From assembly GCA_964016885.1 (NCBI GenBank), contig OZ024752.1:31744001-31808000 (forward strand): a stretch of 64,000 bases of DNA. The letters run 5' to 3'. Of the stretch, positions 26,981 to 42,315 are shown in pieces. The notes below the pieces were generated by a model. It was not told the DNA's origin. It did not search any database and saw nothing but the letters and a program-made list of their open reading frames with translations. This stretch comes from Eledone cirrhosa (lineage: Eukaryota). The first letter of the stretch is position 1, and the number at the start of each line of letters is the position of its first letter. Made by a program: the position numbers and the translations under genes.

Positions 26981-27929
26981 AAGGGTTTAAGTTTTAAAGA
27001 TCTCTCTTTCTAGTATACGTTCTTCAGTCTTTAGTACTCAAGTTTTTTCTAATCTGGTTTGACAACAGTTCTACAGTATTATTTATGTACGATTCTATAC
27101 TTTAAAACTAAGTCATCTTTTTTTTTTGCTATATAGATCTGACTAACAACAATTTCGAGTGCAATACTCCATATATTCCTTTTATTGTTTTACTTATTTC
27201 ACGAGGTACCTTCTTTAAATATCTAGTGAGACGCTACATATAAATTTATTATCTCTAAAACCAACGACCAGCAACTTTCTTTTCTTTTCTTTATTTGCAA
27301 TGACCTACTTATAATTTCTTTTTGTTTTAGTTTTGCCCGCTGCCAAAATGTATATTATATCATATTCTACATATATGTATTTCAAAATCCACCGACAATA
27401 CCACATTGGTCTACATGTGTGACGCAGCCCACCTGTTGTCGACTCCTGGTCTGAGGAAGTTGAAAACACACCTTATAATTAACAGGTATATAAACAATGT
27501 CTCCGTCGAGAATGAAATGATGTACATGGTGGCTGATGAGGTCTCAAAAGCTGGAGTGAAACTAATATGGCAGTTCTGTCTTTTCTCTGTCCACAAATAT
27601 ATTGTATATAAAGAAAAGGTGTTTATATTTCTCTATAGTTAGTGTTAGCTAACTTGTATATATGACATTAAAAGTTTTGAGAATGCGAAAGTAGACTGAA
27701 CAGTTCATCGGCTGACTATAAAGGATTGATACAAGAGCTGTGAAATCTTGCATGCATTAATTTCAACTCTTCTTCTTAATAGCTGCATTGTTCCAAGGAA
27801 AATGTGGAAAAATAGACCATGAAAGTATATTGGTCAGCCTATGCACTTTTCACTTTTCAACCAACCTTCGCATTTCTCTATAGATTGTATAAATTGTATA
27901 AATATTCTGTTTTTATTAAATATTGCATT

Positions 27930-28500
27930 AAAAGTTTTGAGAATAATATCAGACGATGTTGATTCTTTGTTTCGTGCCTTAGCTTGACAACGTGTGACAA
28001 AAGCAATTGTTATATTTTTGAATTCCAGCATCCATCTAACGTATATTTAAGTAGATATCACTTCTCTGTTGGAATGTCCAACTGTCTTTATAATGCCCAA
28101 TGTAAAATATCCACTCTCTCAGTCATGTCTATGGAGATATACACACCTGACTACTGTGGCACATTTATTGTCACAGGCAATGTCGTTAATGGTTACCATT
28201 TTACATTTAGTTGTTTTCAGCAACCTCTAATTTACTTTTCGTAGTTTTTCTCTCGTTTTTGTTATATATGTTACGTTTTCTCCAATGCACAATCAGATTT
28301 TAAACTTTATATTTAATGATATATGTCTAACACATGACATTATTGGTTGATGTTCTCTGTTAACTCTAGGGAAAATTGTTTTTGATATAATTATTCCTAC
28401 GACATTGTAGCACCATTGTTGATAAAGTTTCCATTTCTGCATCGGTTTTTGGAACGAAGAAAGCACATAGTTTCCTAGGTTCTTGCGAAGCAATAAAGTG
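27930..28500 (-). pseudogene. Decayed R4/NeSL-like non-LTR retrotransposon C-terminus
   Basis: Minus-strand translation across stops: VTINDIA...C...YLHRHD*..Y(L)HWAL..LDIP..., later DIIL, resembling the ETI.H...C...Y..RHD...LHW.LC...PDI region. Confidence 0.5.
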
Positions 28501-29681
28501 CAAGCTATATATATTCGGTGATTACAAAATGTTACTGCCAGCTAGAAATATTTTATTATGGCCTGCAGACAATTTAAGAAATCAGAGAATCTGTACTATA
28601 TAATCGACGAATATAATGAATCAAAACTTATTAACTATGTATTTCACAAAATAAGATTACCTTTGGAAGAAAACACATGACGTTGAGTGCTTAAATGATA
28701 GGAAAAGGAGAAAAAGAACAATGATTATTAAGCAAAGGGTGAAAGGGAGAGAGTGACAGTCTCCTCACCAAATGTTTTCTGGTGCTTTTTCTTTTCTGCC
28801 AGCAGCATATGTTTCAATGCAAAATAATGACAAACTTCAAGAATGTTTAACCCCGATACAACACTCATCTGCATTAGATTGTTCAACCGTCGGTTGTTAA
28901 CAATAATTTCTTGATCAAGACTGACCTCATCACTAACAGATACGCGTCATCTAATTATATTTTGATTGTATTGTTTCCTAACAAATCTCTTTTTATAAGC
29001 TATTTTGAATAAATAAACAACAACATGATGTTAGGAATTCCATGCTTTTAACAATCCAAGCAGATTAGAGTTGATAAAACAATGTAGTTTAGCGCAATAC
29101 AGACTGATGATATGAAATTTAGGTTGTATAATCCATGGAAAGCATAAAATATAATGAGGTTACCATTGACAATACTATTCCCCAGCGATATACATAAATG
29201 TTAAAGATCATATGAATGCAAATACATTGTCTGTTAAATGTTAACTACACACTTACCAACATACAGAGGTTACAGTCTCTATCAAAACGTACAATAGGAA
29301 TACTGGACATTTCTTTATTAGTTGGGGACTGGGGGAAGACGTTGTGGATATTACCCTTACAATAGGTTCACTGTGTTTATTATGATTGATACCGTTAATA
29401 TTCCCGCTGAAGAGTGGCAAATCGGCACTGAAGGAATAAAATGAACGTTGAAAGGATCCTAGAAGGATAACATTCTAAGAAGTAAATAAATTGATGTAAC
29501 AGTTAGTAACGATCCTAGAGTGGGAAAAGCATGGATGACAAAATTGTCTGCTATGATCCCGTAAATCTTGATTGAGTCGCAGGGGCGCCGTAGTGGCATA
29601 CGGCGTCTCATGGACATTTTAAGCCTGGCGGAGCCCCTCTCCTCTCCAGCTCTGAGCACAGCGGGTTTCTTCTAGAGAATC

Positions 29682-29751
<70 letters not shown>

Positions 29752-30332
29752 CACACCTATGCAGGTTTAGCTGGCTTCCTCCAAAGTATATCTCGTTGGA
29801 GGTGTCTTGGGTGATTTAATGAGAGGGACCCCAGTCCTATCATCTCATTTCTACAGCTGACTAAACTGGAGCAACGTGAAATAAAGTGTATTGCTCAAGG
29901 AAACAACAAATCACCCGGTCCGAGAATTGAACTCACAACCTTTCGATTGCAATCCCAATGCTCTAACCACTAAGCCATGCTCCTTCTAGAGAAGGATAGA
30001 GAGAGTGAGAGAATGGAAGTGAGAAAGAGATATAGAGGAAGATATTCTAAAAACCAGCTCCGGAACCTAATGGCCAGTTTATTTACTGTAGAAAATGAAG
30101 AAATTTAAGGCAACATGTCTGTCGATGAGAGGTTGGGGTATGATCGGGGGTTGAACAATTTGTATACCAATCAGTCGGATGTCCTCTATCGGAGTGATCT
30201 ATGACATTACTGTAGGTATGTCAAACATTCGGCCCTTTAAAAGCACACCTGCGGCCCGCACTAAGATTTTTTTCATCGTGAGCATGTTTTATCTTCGTAA
30301 AATATGTTGTAATGTGCGCCATCAGTTGTCGT

Positions 30333-31456
30333 GTGTGGCCCTCAGACAACACATATGTGACCCATGTGGCCCTCAGACAACACATGTAACCCATGTGGCC
30401 CTCAGACAACACATATGTAACCCATGTGGCCCTCAGGCAACACATATGTGACCCATGTGGCCCCCAGGCAACACATATGTGACCCATGTGGCCCTCAGAC
30501 AACACATATGTGACCCATGTGGCCCTCAGACAACACATATGTAACCCATGTGGCCCTCAGACAACACATATGTGACCCATGTGGCCCTCAGACAACACAT
30601 GTGTGACCCATGTGGCCCTCAGACAACACATATGTAACCCATGTGGCCCTCAGACAACACATATGTGACCCATGTGGCCCTCAGACAACACATATGTAAC
30701 CCATGTGGCCTTCAGACAACACATATGTGACCCATGTGGCCCTCAGACAACACATATATAACCCATGTGGCCCTCAGACAACATATATGTGACCGATGTG
30801 GCCCTCAGACAACACATATGTGACCCATGTGACCCTCAGACAACACATATGTAACCCGTGTGGCCTTCAGACAACACATATGTGACCCATGTGGCCCTCA
30901 GACAAAAATATGTGACCGATGTGACCCTCAGACAACACATATGTGACCCATGTGGCCCTCAGACAACACATATGTGACCCATGTGGCCCTCAGACAACAC
31001 ATATGTAACCCATGTGGCCCTCAGACAACACATATGTGACCCATGTGGCCCTCAGACAACACATGTGTGACCCATGTGGCCCTCAGACAACACATATGTA
31101 ACCCATGTGGCCCTCAGACAACACATATGTGACCCATGTGACCCTCAGACAACACATATGTAACCCGTGTGGCCTTCAGACAACACATATGTGACCCATG
31201 TGGCCCTCAGACAACACATATGTGACCGATGTGGCCCTCAAACAACACATATGTAACCCATGTGGCCCTCAGACAACACATATGTGACCCATGTGACCCT
31301 CAGACAACACATATGTAACCGATGTGGCCCTCAGACAACACATATGTAACCCATGTGGCCCTCAGACAACACATATGTAACAGATGTGGCCCTCAGACAA
31401 CACATATGTGACCCATGTGGCCCTCAGACAACACATATGTAACCCATGTGACCCTC
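30333..31456. repeat. Minisatellite, 31-bp unit, about 36 copies
   Basis: atgtggccctcagacaacacatatgt(g/a)accc. Confidence 0.95.
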
Positions 31457-31487
31457 GGGAGACCCTCAGTTTGACATGCCTGGGTTA

Positions 31488-32710
31488 GTGTATATAGTAG
31501 TTTGTGTATATACGATATTTGTGTATATACGATATTTGTGCATATACGGTATTTGTGTATATACTACGGTATTTGTGTATATACAATATTTGTGTATATA
31601 CGATATTTGTGTATATACTACAGTATTTGTGTATATAGAATATTTGTGTATATACTACAGTATTTGTCTATATACTACAATAGTTGTGTATATACTACAG
31701 TAATTGTGTATATAGTAGTTTGTGTATATACAATATTTGTGTATATACTACAGTATTTGTGCATATACGATATTTGTGTATATACTACGGTATTTGTGTA
31801 TATACTACAGTATTTGTGTATATACTACAGTATTTGTGTATATACAATATTTGTGTATATACGATATTTGTGTATATACTACAGTATTTGTGTATATACT
31901 ACAATATGTGTGTACATACTACAGTATTTGTGTATATAGAATATTTTGTGTATATACAATATTTGTGTATATACTACAGTATTTGTGTATATACAATATT
32001 TGTGTATATACGATATTTGTGTATATACTACAATATGTGTGTACATACTACAGTATTTGTGTATATACAATATTTGTGTATATACTACAGTATTTGTGTA
32101 TATACTACAATATTTGTGTATATACTACAGTAACTGTGTATATAGTAGTTTGTGTATATACTACAGTATTTGTGTATATACAATATTTGTGTATATACTA
32201 CAGTATTTGTGTATATACAATATTTGTGTATATACTACAAAATGTGTGTACATACTACAGTATTTCTGTATATACAATATTTGTGTATATACTACAGTAA
32301 TTGTGTATATAGTAGTTTGTGTATATACTACAGTATTTTACAGTATTTGTGTATATACAATATTTGTGTATATACTTTATTTGTGTATATGCTACAATAT
32401 GTTTGTATGTACTACAGTATTTGTTTATATACGATATTTGTGTATATAATACAATATTTGTGTATATATACCACGGTATTTGTGTATGCACTACAGTATT
32501 TGTTTATATATGATATTTGTGTATATACTACTGTATTTGTTTATATACTACGGTATTTGTGTGTATACAATATTTGTGTATATACTACGGTATTTGTGTG
32601 TATACAATATTTGTGTATATACTACAGTATTGGTGTATATACAATATTTGTGTATATAATACAGTATTTGTGTATATACTACGGTATTTGTGTATATAAG
32701 ATATTTGTGT
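31488..32710. repeat. Compound minisatellite of 17-bp and 20-bp units
   Basis: tatttgtgtatatacaa and tatttgtgtatatactacag interspersed. Confidence 0.9.
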
Positions 32711-34526
32711 GTATATATATATATACATATATATATATATACATATATATATATACATATATATGTATATATATATGTATATTTACAACACTATCCAACA
32801 CATTTCTGCTACACGGCTGAAATGATATTTTATTCCTAATTATAAAACAAAAGTTATAAATCAACAACCGTAAGCAATGTCTTCACTATACAAAATAAAG
32901 AACTAAATACCAAACGCCATTCATCATGTCGTGTATTTCTGTGAATATCAGAACCATTTTATGGTATTTACACCTTCTAGCTGCTCAACAGTTTCCCTTG
33001 CTTCACATTTTTCTTCATCTATTTTATGCATATTTTGCCTTCAGTTGGATTTGCATATCTAATTTTTTTTTTAATTTAATTTAATTTTATTTTATTTTAT
33101 TTTATTTTATTTTATTTTATTTTATTTTATTTTATTTTATTTTATTTTATTTTATTGTTATTTTTTTATTTTTCATTTTTCTTATTTAATTTTCTTTTTT
33201 TTTTTTCCTTTTTTCTATTTTATTTCCTTTTCATTTTTTTATTATTCTATTTTATTTTATTTTATTTTATTTTTCATTTTTTTAAATTCTATTTTACATT
33301 TTTCTATTTTTATTTTATTTTATTCTATTTTTCATTTTTATTTTATTTATTTCTTTTTTTATTCTATTTTATTTTATTTTATTTTATTTTATTTTATTTT
33401 ATTTTATTTTATTTTATTTTATTTTATTTTATTTTATTTTATTTTTAATTTTTTTAATTTTTATATTTATATTCATTCACTTATCTCTGTCTATCTTATT
33501 TTTTGTTTCTCAACTGTAAGAAGTACTAGATACTTCCCCTATTCTGTCATGGCTTACCAGCTCTATACTGACGTTTAAATCGATTAAAACATTAATAAAT
33601 GAATAGATAGATAAATGCACTTTGACCTTTGGGTTTTAACGTTTTGGGGGGTATTTTTCTAATTAGAGATTGTTCAAACTGCTACATAGATTGATCGATT
33701 GAATAATATGGTATTAGATGTATCTATGGTCCCGTATCTCCCGAGGGAGTTGTAAGGGCGCCGCATTAATATACAGCTTGTTTATATAATTCTTGTTCAC
33801 CGTTAAATCATGTAAACACCTTTAAATAACGATGTTCTTTGAAAGATGTCCGCTAAATCAGAGACGCCTCGGTCTCTCTGTCTCTCTCTCAGAAATTCAG
33901 TAAACCGGTGATTGACATGTTTACTACCTCTAACCAAAGACAAATTCCAGACAAACTGCGATATAAAAAATAAATAAATAAATAAAGCTAACAAAAGAAA
34001 CTTAAATCTTAACTATAATAAAGAAAGGAGTGCGGGACTGCGTCCAGAATATATTTTTTTTATCCCGTTTGTAAAATAAGTTGGATTACTTTGAATAAAT
34101 AAAGAATGAATATTACATAATTTATGTACTAAGTTTCGTAACTCTTGATTAAATATAAGTAATTATATTGCTTATTTAAAGATTCACTTCTTTAAAATTT
34201 TCAAATATCAACACTTCCGATTAGCGATCACTTATATAAATATTCATACATTTACATCACTAATTCTTTCCCTAATGCAATGCAACACCCTTAGAGGTTG
34301 ATAAATAATGATAAATAATATCCAAGAAGGATAGACTGGTGGAATTGTGGTATCTGATCCGGCACTGGAAGTTATGAGTTTAAATTGTGCCTCTTTGTGC
34401 GAAGAATTCCATCCTGCAGTTAGACTCAACAACAAAACGACCATTGGAAAAAGGTTTCTTGGTTCGATCTGACTACTGCCTCTCTTGTTAATTGTTTCCA
34501 ATGAGAGGGAACCTAATACAAAGTAA

Positions 34527-34710
34527 ATAATTGTTTCTACTTTTTGGCACAAGGCCAGCAATTATCCCAGTGCATTACTGGTACTTTATTTTATAGACAC
34601 CGTAAGGATGAAAGGCAAAGTTAACCTCGGCAGGATTTGAACTCAGACCGCAAAGGGACGTAACTCTATGCTGCAAAGCATGGCGTCCGACCCTCTACCG
34701 ATACTGCCAA
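34527..34710 (-). mobile_element. SINE family A
   Basis: Reverse complement of the family consensus. Confidence 0.85.
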
Positions 34711-35019
34711 ATCACAAAATAAAAATATAGTATTGAAATGTCAAATGACCCTAACAAAGTATATATATATATACTCACACACTATATATATATACACACA
34801 CACTATATATATATACACACACTATATATATATTTATATATATATATACACACACTATATATATATATGTATATATATATATACACTATATATATATATG
34901 TATATATATATATATACACTATATATATATATGTATATGTATATACACTATATATATATATGTATATATATATACACTATATATATATATGTACACTATA
35001 TATATATATATATATACAC

Positions 35020-35122
<103 letters not shown>

Positions 35123-35147
35123 TTGTGTGTGTTTGTGTGTATATATG

Positions 35148-35316
<169 letters not shown>

Positions 35317-36621
35317 AGGGAAATATTTGCCCCAGTTATGAAAACACAAACAACTCTATGAGAGAAGTACAAAACTATACAATAAATTCTTTCCACAGAA
35401 ACAAATCCGAATAATAGAAGGATATCGAATGTATTAAGTAGCAATTGTGATACTAAAGGCAACTGAGATGGGGCAGGATAAAGCTACAGCCTCCTCCTCC
35501 TTCCCTTTAAAAAACGAACAGTCGAAAAGCACTATGTACGATTAAAGAAAAAAAAACGAGAAGATTTATCCTTACTTGGCGAAACCGAATACGAAGAAAG
35601 AAAGAAAGTCACAATCGGAAGACATGACACCAATAAAAACAGAGAAAATATCCTGGAAGTGAGAGAAAGAAACACTTAAGCAACGGATAACGTATGACGT
35701 GTCACAAAAACTGTGTTTCTTTTAATGATAATAAAATATTTGGCACAAATACCAAAATATCTCTGACAGAGAGATATATCAAAACCAAAAATATATAACA
35801 CAAAATGGAGGGTACACCAACACAAACAATAATTCAAATAGATTAATAGAAAATATGTGGCGAAAACCTTTAGCATGATTAAAGAGTACAATGGATTAGA
35901 AGAGAAAAGGGTTTGGGGAAAATTCAATAACACTGGTAATGCATATTTCACAATAACAAGCGAAGACTTCACAATAGGATAAAGACTGAAAGAAAATGGA
36001 ATTGGAAATCAGTCATTTCTGGAATTGGTAATAGTTTACCATTCTATATGAATCGGTGAGACCAGCCATGTTCAGTTGTTAACCTAACGAAGTTATAGTA
36101 CAGCAGTTGACCTCTCTACAATAGAAGTAATCTTATATACACGGAAATAAAAGACCACGAAACATTAATATTCATATTGAATGTGAGAAATCTATTACAA
36201 CTTAGTAATGGGAATAAAGTTTCTCAGGACAGTAATATCAAACATCGAGCAATAAAACTGAGGAGGCTCGTGGCCTAGTGGTGAGGTTGTTGGACTTACG
36301 GTCATAATGTCATGGATTCGATTCTTGCACTGGGTTCTGTGTCTTGTTCTCGAAAAAAAACACTTCATTTCATGTTGCTCCACTATAGTCAGTTTAATTC
36401 TGTGATGTACTGGCGTCTTGTCTAGCGGGGTATCTTGTCGCCTCAGTCGCTTCACGCCACTGAAACCGGAATGAGTACGGGCCTGGGAAGCCTCCGGGCT
36501 CTAGACAGACTTTGTGAAATGGTCTGGCGCCCTGTCCAGTCTTGCACTTAGTCGCTTAACGCCAACGAAACCGGGATAGCTCCGGCCTGGTGAGCCTTCG
36601 AGTTCGAAACAGACTGTAAAC

Positions 36622-36911
36622 CAGGCATGGGCAACCTTTTTCGAGAAGCGGGCCGCATGAGATATGGTTCATCATCAGGCGGGCCGCAAGCGCTAATTTA
36701 CATTCGTACCCACATTAAAAAAAGGACGGTAACTCAGGTTGTTTTGATTTGTTTCTTCAGAATTCACACAAGTTGTTTTCCTCGATCGTAAATATGAAAG
36801 AAAGATAAATTACGACTGAAAAGTTGGGGTAAAAAATTCAGAAAGATTTCACTTAGGTGACTTGGGCAAGCCATTCAGAAATCTCCACGGGCCGCAGGTT
36901 ACCCATGACTG
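36622..36911. mobile_element. hAT-superfamily MITE
   Basis: TIRs caggcatgggcaacc / ggttacccatgactg, subterminal gggccgca repeats, 8-bp TSD ctgtaaac / ctttaaac. Confidence 0.8.
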
Positions 36912-38019
36912 CTTTAAACTTTTAGAACAAATATAACAGATATTCAGAAACGTACATCCCAAAGTAATTCATCTTCCTCTAATGACAGGAAAAAAGACGT
37001 CATGGTGGGTTTCCTCTGTATATATATGAAGATGTGCAGCCTTAATTTTGTCAAAATTAAACACAGATGTGATATTTTTTTACTTATGTCAGGTCACTCT
37101 TGAGTGCTACTGGTAGCATGTAACCCAGTACAACATGTCACATGGTCGGGTCGTCGGAAACTAAACCGGCAACCCCACCAAGTTTACTTGGTGAGGAGGG
37201 TGATTTTGGACACCCTGCAGGACAAAAAACAAAACCTGACAAAGGACAGAAGAACTCATAAGAGTCAACGGCCATCTAAAAGAAAAAAATCCTGCCAAAT
37301 TTAATGGGTGGCAGTAGTTCCAGCTGCACGCATCAAAAGACTGGTGTAGTGGTTCTGAGAACAATGCGGCTTTGCAGATGATCAATGCAAATTAACAATG
37401 GAAAAGCTCTCCCGCTCGAGTTAGAAGAGAAATATCGACCTTTAGGAGAAGCAGCGACCCCTGATTGTATTCAGCAACCGAAACAAATATGAAGTACACC
37501 AAATCCAATGCTCCTAGGGGAGGCCCTGGTTCTTCTTATTTGCGAGTGTAAACTCGGCCAGATTAGATTAGATTAGATTGTGATATTGTGATAGAATAAC
37601 ATTATGTAAACTTTGCCTTTCATCCTTACGGGGTCGATAAAATAAAATACCAGTAATGCACTGGGTATTTGCTGGCCTTGTGCCTAACGTAGAAACAATT
37701 ATGTAAACTAACAACGTCAATTGTCTTAACCTGAACCTAAATGCAACCAAAATAAGCAGTACTTAGAAAGTACTAACGGACCAAACCCATTACAACCTGA
37801 CTCAGTATGCAGCCATGTATATATATGTGTGTGTGCGTGATTTTTTAATCAGCAGTCTGACGAGCAGATTGATGCTGGAGTCTGGTGCATATTTTCATAT
37901 GTAACCTTGAGCCAATCAACTGAGAAACGTGCGTAACAGGTCGATACTCAATTAAAAAAAGAACAGCATAAAAACATGTAAACGGAACTTCATTCTTTTT
38001 TATCCTTCTTATATATATA

Positions 38020-38439
38020 TACGATATTAAACAAATGGAAACTATATTTATAATACCATATTTATTTCATTATACATATTTCAGGGATACCATATTAAAA
38101 ATATGGCATGCCTTCGTCAGATAAAATACAATATATAACCAGTTTTATAAATAATTTTGACGTACACTACCAAGCCAGCCTCCTACCTTAATGGTCGCTA
38201 TATTTATGGTACGTCAAAATTATTTATAAAACTGGTTATATATTGTATTTTATCTGACGAAGGCATGTCATATTTTTAATATGGTATCCCTGAAATATGT
38301 ATAATGAAATAAATATGGTTTTATAAATATAGTTTCCATTTGTTTAATATCGTATATCTACTCCAAAAACTTGTCGAGTGCTTTATATCAGTTATAAAAT
38401 ATTTACTTGGTGTAACCCAACAATTTTAAATAAAACTTT

Positions 38440-38445
<6 letters not shown>
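38020..38445. mobile_element. Inverted-repeat copy of the same hammerhead-bearing family
   Basis: Arms about 38020-38166 and 38208-38353; CTGACGA at 38254, GAAA at 38292. Confidence 0.75.
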
Positions 38446-38483
<38 letters not shown>

Positions 38484-38485
<2 letters not shown>

Positions 38486-38534
38486 TTTCTGAGGAGCCCG
38501 TTAAGGGTGAAAGTTGCGATTCTTTGCTTAAACT
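38484..38534 (+). ncRNA. Type I hammerhead-like motif (related copy at 43806-43856)
   Basis: agttt-CTGAGGA-gccc(gttaa)gggt-GAAA...tgcTT-aaact. The 43806 copy keeps helix III AGCA/TGCT but has the core CAGAAGA. Confidence 0.6.
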
Positions 38535-38671
38535 TTACTGTTATTTTAATAAATATTGGCTCTAAGGTTTTTATATATATTTATATATATGTTACCCTTA
38601 TCGAGCCCTCTTCGGATTTTAGTCTTCACATTTTATTATTATTATTATTATTATATATCTACACACACGCG

Positions 38672-38727
<56 letters not shown>

Positions 38728-38957
38728 CATTATTCCATTACCACTAAAAGGGATCTGATATATATATATATATATACATACATACATTATTCCATTACCA
38801 CTAAAAAGGATCTATCGAACCTCGAGCTTGTTGGTGGCGAAACGCGCGTCACCAACCAACGTCCTTTTTTTTTTATTTTATATATATTTATATACTGTAT
38901 ATATATATGTGTGTGTGTGTGTGTGCGTGTGTGCGTGGGTATGTATATATATTCATA

Positions 38958-39009
<52 letters not shown>

Positions 39010-39322
39010 ATGGGAAAATCCATGGGTTTCCTCGAAAGATAAAAAAGGAAACCGGCGGATACTTGAGCTGAGCAGCAAATAACATCTCGCCTTATAATAT
39101 TTCGAGGAAGAAACCAATCATTTCTTTATTTATTTATTTCTTTATTTATTTATTTATTTAACGACCTGACAAAGATGATAAATAATCTCGGCGTTCCGTT
39201 TTAGCTGGTTTCCAATTATTGATTCTGACTCGTTTGAACTGATTGTATCATCTTTTATAGATATATCTGATAGAAGATGAATGACTGATTATGTGAAACC
39301 TGGCTGGACGACAGTGGCTAGG

Positions 39323-39403
<81 letters not shown>

Positions 39404-40095
39404 AAGAGAGAGAGAGAGAGATGGAGCGAGAGAGAGAGAGAAAGGCGGTAGAGGCAGAGGGAGGGGGTAGTGAGAGGAATAGAGCGGGAGGGAGAGAGGT
39501 GAAAGGGGTGGGGGTAGAGAGGTGAAAGGGGTGGGGGGTAGAAGGTGAGAGGGGTGGTAGAGTGGAAGAAAGAGAAAGGCGTTAAAGGCAGAGGCAGTGA
39601 GATAGCGAGAGGAATAGAGCGGGAGAGGGGGGAGAAGGGGAAGGGAGAGAAGGGGGAGTTGGGAAGAAGAGACAGAGAGAGAGGGGGAGTTGGGGGATGG
39701 GGATAGGGATGAGGGGGATAGGGTGGGGGAGATGGGGAGGTTGGGGTGAATTAAATTGTAAAGGGTTAATGAGACACACAGCAACAAACAGAAAACGAAT
39801 AAAAATAAAAGCATTTTTGTGACTGTTTGTGAATACATGTATTTGACGTCTCTCTCGCTCGCTCTTTCTTTATATATTTCTCTCTCTCTCTCTCGCTCTT
39901 TCTTTACATGTTTCTCTCTCTTTCTCTCCCTCTGTATATTTCTCACTCTCTCTCTCTCTCTCCCTCCCTCTATATATTTTCCTAATTATATTTCTCTCTC
40001 TTTCTCTCTTTTTCGTGCGTTGTCGATATGTGTGTGTGTGTGTGTGCATGTGGGTGTGTGTGTTTAAGTGTGGGAGGGCTTATGTGTGTTTATAC

Positions 40096-40259
<164 letters not shown>

Positions 40260-40870
40260 TACGATATTTAGTACGTCAATAACTTCATTAAAAACTGCTG
40301 AACCTTCAACTTGAAAACTGTCGTCTTATTCTTGTCTAAGAAAATATACTGAGGAGAGAGAGGGATAGATAGAGGGAGAGAGAGGGAGGAGAGAGGGAGA
40401 GAGTTAGAGTAAGAGAGTTAGAGTAAGAGAGTTAGAGTGGGAGAGAGAGAGAGAGCGAGACAAACAGACAGTATGCGTACATGAGTGTGTATACATATAT
40501 ATATAAAATGATATACATACATATAAATATGTGTGCGTGTGTGTGTGTGTGTCTGTATGTATGTGTGTGTGTAGATGTGTGTAGATGCGCGTGTGTGTGT
40601 GTGTGCGAGTGTGTCTGTGTGTGTGTGTAGGTGTGTGTGCTTGTTTTTAATACATGTTTACGGTAGTTGTGTGTTCACAGAGTTGAGACAGTTTCAAGCC
40701 GTCTTGTCTCGATTCATGGTTATTTTCTCATCGCCCACGTCTTCTTGCAGACATTGACCTCGAGATTATCAGACTAAAAGGGATCAACCAAATCACTTTC
40801 ATTAGATTAAAGATAGGTTGCTAGGTAGATTTAGGAAGGGAGGGAGGGGGTGGCTTTAGCGACGAAGGGG

Positions 40871-40925
<55 letters not shown>

Positions 40926-40972
40926 GTATTGATAGATAGATAGATAAGTAGATAGATAGATAGATAGATATA

Positions 40973-41623
40973 TTTCTTTTATTTGCCACTAGGGCATCAA
41001 AAGTGGGACAAGTACAAAGGGGGGAGTTTACACAAAAAGGCGTCCTCAATAAGGAGGAGGCAATAACAAAATATAAAAATAAAATAAGATATAACAAAAA
41101 ATAAAATTTTTAACAAAATCCTCAATAGAGAGGAGGCGCCTTGGGGGGTCGCACACACCCCCGAAAAAAGTGTGCAACCCTTCTCCTCAGGAGCACAGAG
41201 AAGGGGTGCGCCCTTGGTCTTTCATCTTCCTCACCTATAGTCTGATGTAGAGTGAAGGCCCATTCACACGGGCCATTCTCGCCACTTTCACCCATCTTTC
41301 ATAGAAACGGCTGGGGTGCAGCACCTCTCTCTCCATCCTGATCCTTCTTCCGAAATGATATCGGAAGAAACGGACCAGTTGTTGGCCAGAGAGAAAGGTG
41401 CCCGACCTCAGTCCTTTCAGACGCGTCCACCATACAACCTCTTTCGCCATGGCTATTACGCACAGAAACACCGCCTCTGCTTCATCTTTGAAGAGGGGAG
41501 GCGGCTTGATCATTACAATAGACTCGGTGGTCAACCGGATCGGTCCCACCCTTGACAGCAGTTGTTCGACATAGCCCCATATGTTTCTTTTATTTGCCAC
41601 CAGGGCATCAAAAGTGGGACAAG
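40973..41623 (-). pseudogene. 5'-truncated Tx1/L1-clade LINE (ORF2 C-terminus and 3' UTR) in a (GATA)n tract
   Basis: IWGYVEQLL...AKEVVWWTR...RRIRMERE....FYERW, followed by a 3' UTR with aataaaag and then (ATCT)n. Confidence 0.75.
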
Positions 41624-42060
41624 GTAGATAGATATAGATAGATAGATAGATAAGTAGATAGATAGATAGATAAGTAGATAGATAGATAGATAGATAAGTA
41701 GAGAGATAGAAAGATAAGTAGATAGATAGATAAGTAGATAGATAGATATAGACAGATAGATAGACTGATTGGTTGATAGATAGATAGATCGACGTGTAGG
41801 TAGGGAGGTAAGTAGATAGGTATGAGAGGGGAGATAGTGGGAGAGAGAGAGAGGCGGAAGAACGAGGGAGAGAGAGAGAGGGGAGATAGAGGGGGAGAGG
41901 GGGAAGAGGGAGAGAGGCATCAAGAATGAGTTGATACAGATATATATGATTGAAGGAAATAAAAAGACAGAAGGCCTGGAGAATGAGAGAGAGAGATGAA
42001 ATGTGTATTGTATATGTCTTTCATAACAGGTGAGGCGGGAAGGATAGGGCATCATTAAAC

Positions 42061-42134
<74 letters not shown>

Positions 42135-42212
42135 ATACAGAAGAACTTGGACAGAAATAAGATAGAGTAGAAGCGTTTGTACAGAAGGTGAAGGTAGAGA
42201 GCAGAGGCAGAC

Positions 42213-42271
<59 letters not shown>

Positions 42272-42275
42272 AAAA

Positions 42276-42315
<40 letters not shown>

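Noticed and set aside
30333-31456. 31-bp repeat as a CRISPR array
   Set aside because: Units are contiguous with no unique spacers, there are no cas genes, and the context is eukaryotic.
31476-32820. Tyr/Cys-rich repetitive ORFs as structural proteins
   Set aside because: They are open in several frames only because the minisatellite lacks stop codons.
35330-36030. A-rich stretch (also 26160-27330 on the minus strand) as host exons
   Set aside because: Multiple stops and no recognisable motif; possibly old LINE debris, but not supportable.
36585-36615. CTGGTGA...GAAAC as a hammerhead
   Set aside because: The core is non-canonical, there is no NUH or helix I, and it lies within a SINE tail.
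38829-38858. gttggtggcGAAACGCGCGTCaccaac as a hammerhead
   Set aside because: Helix I and GUC are present but CUGANGA is missing; at most a deleted remnant.
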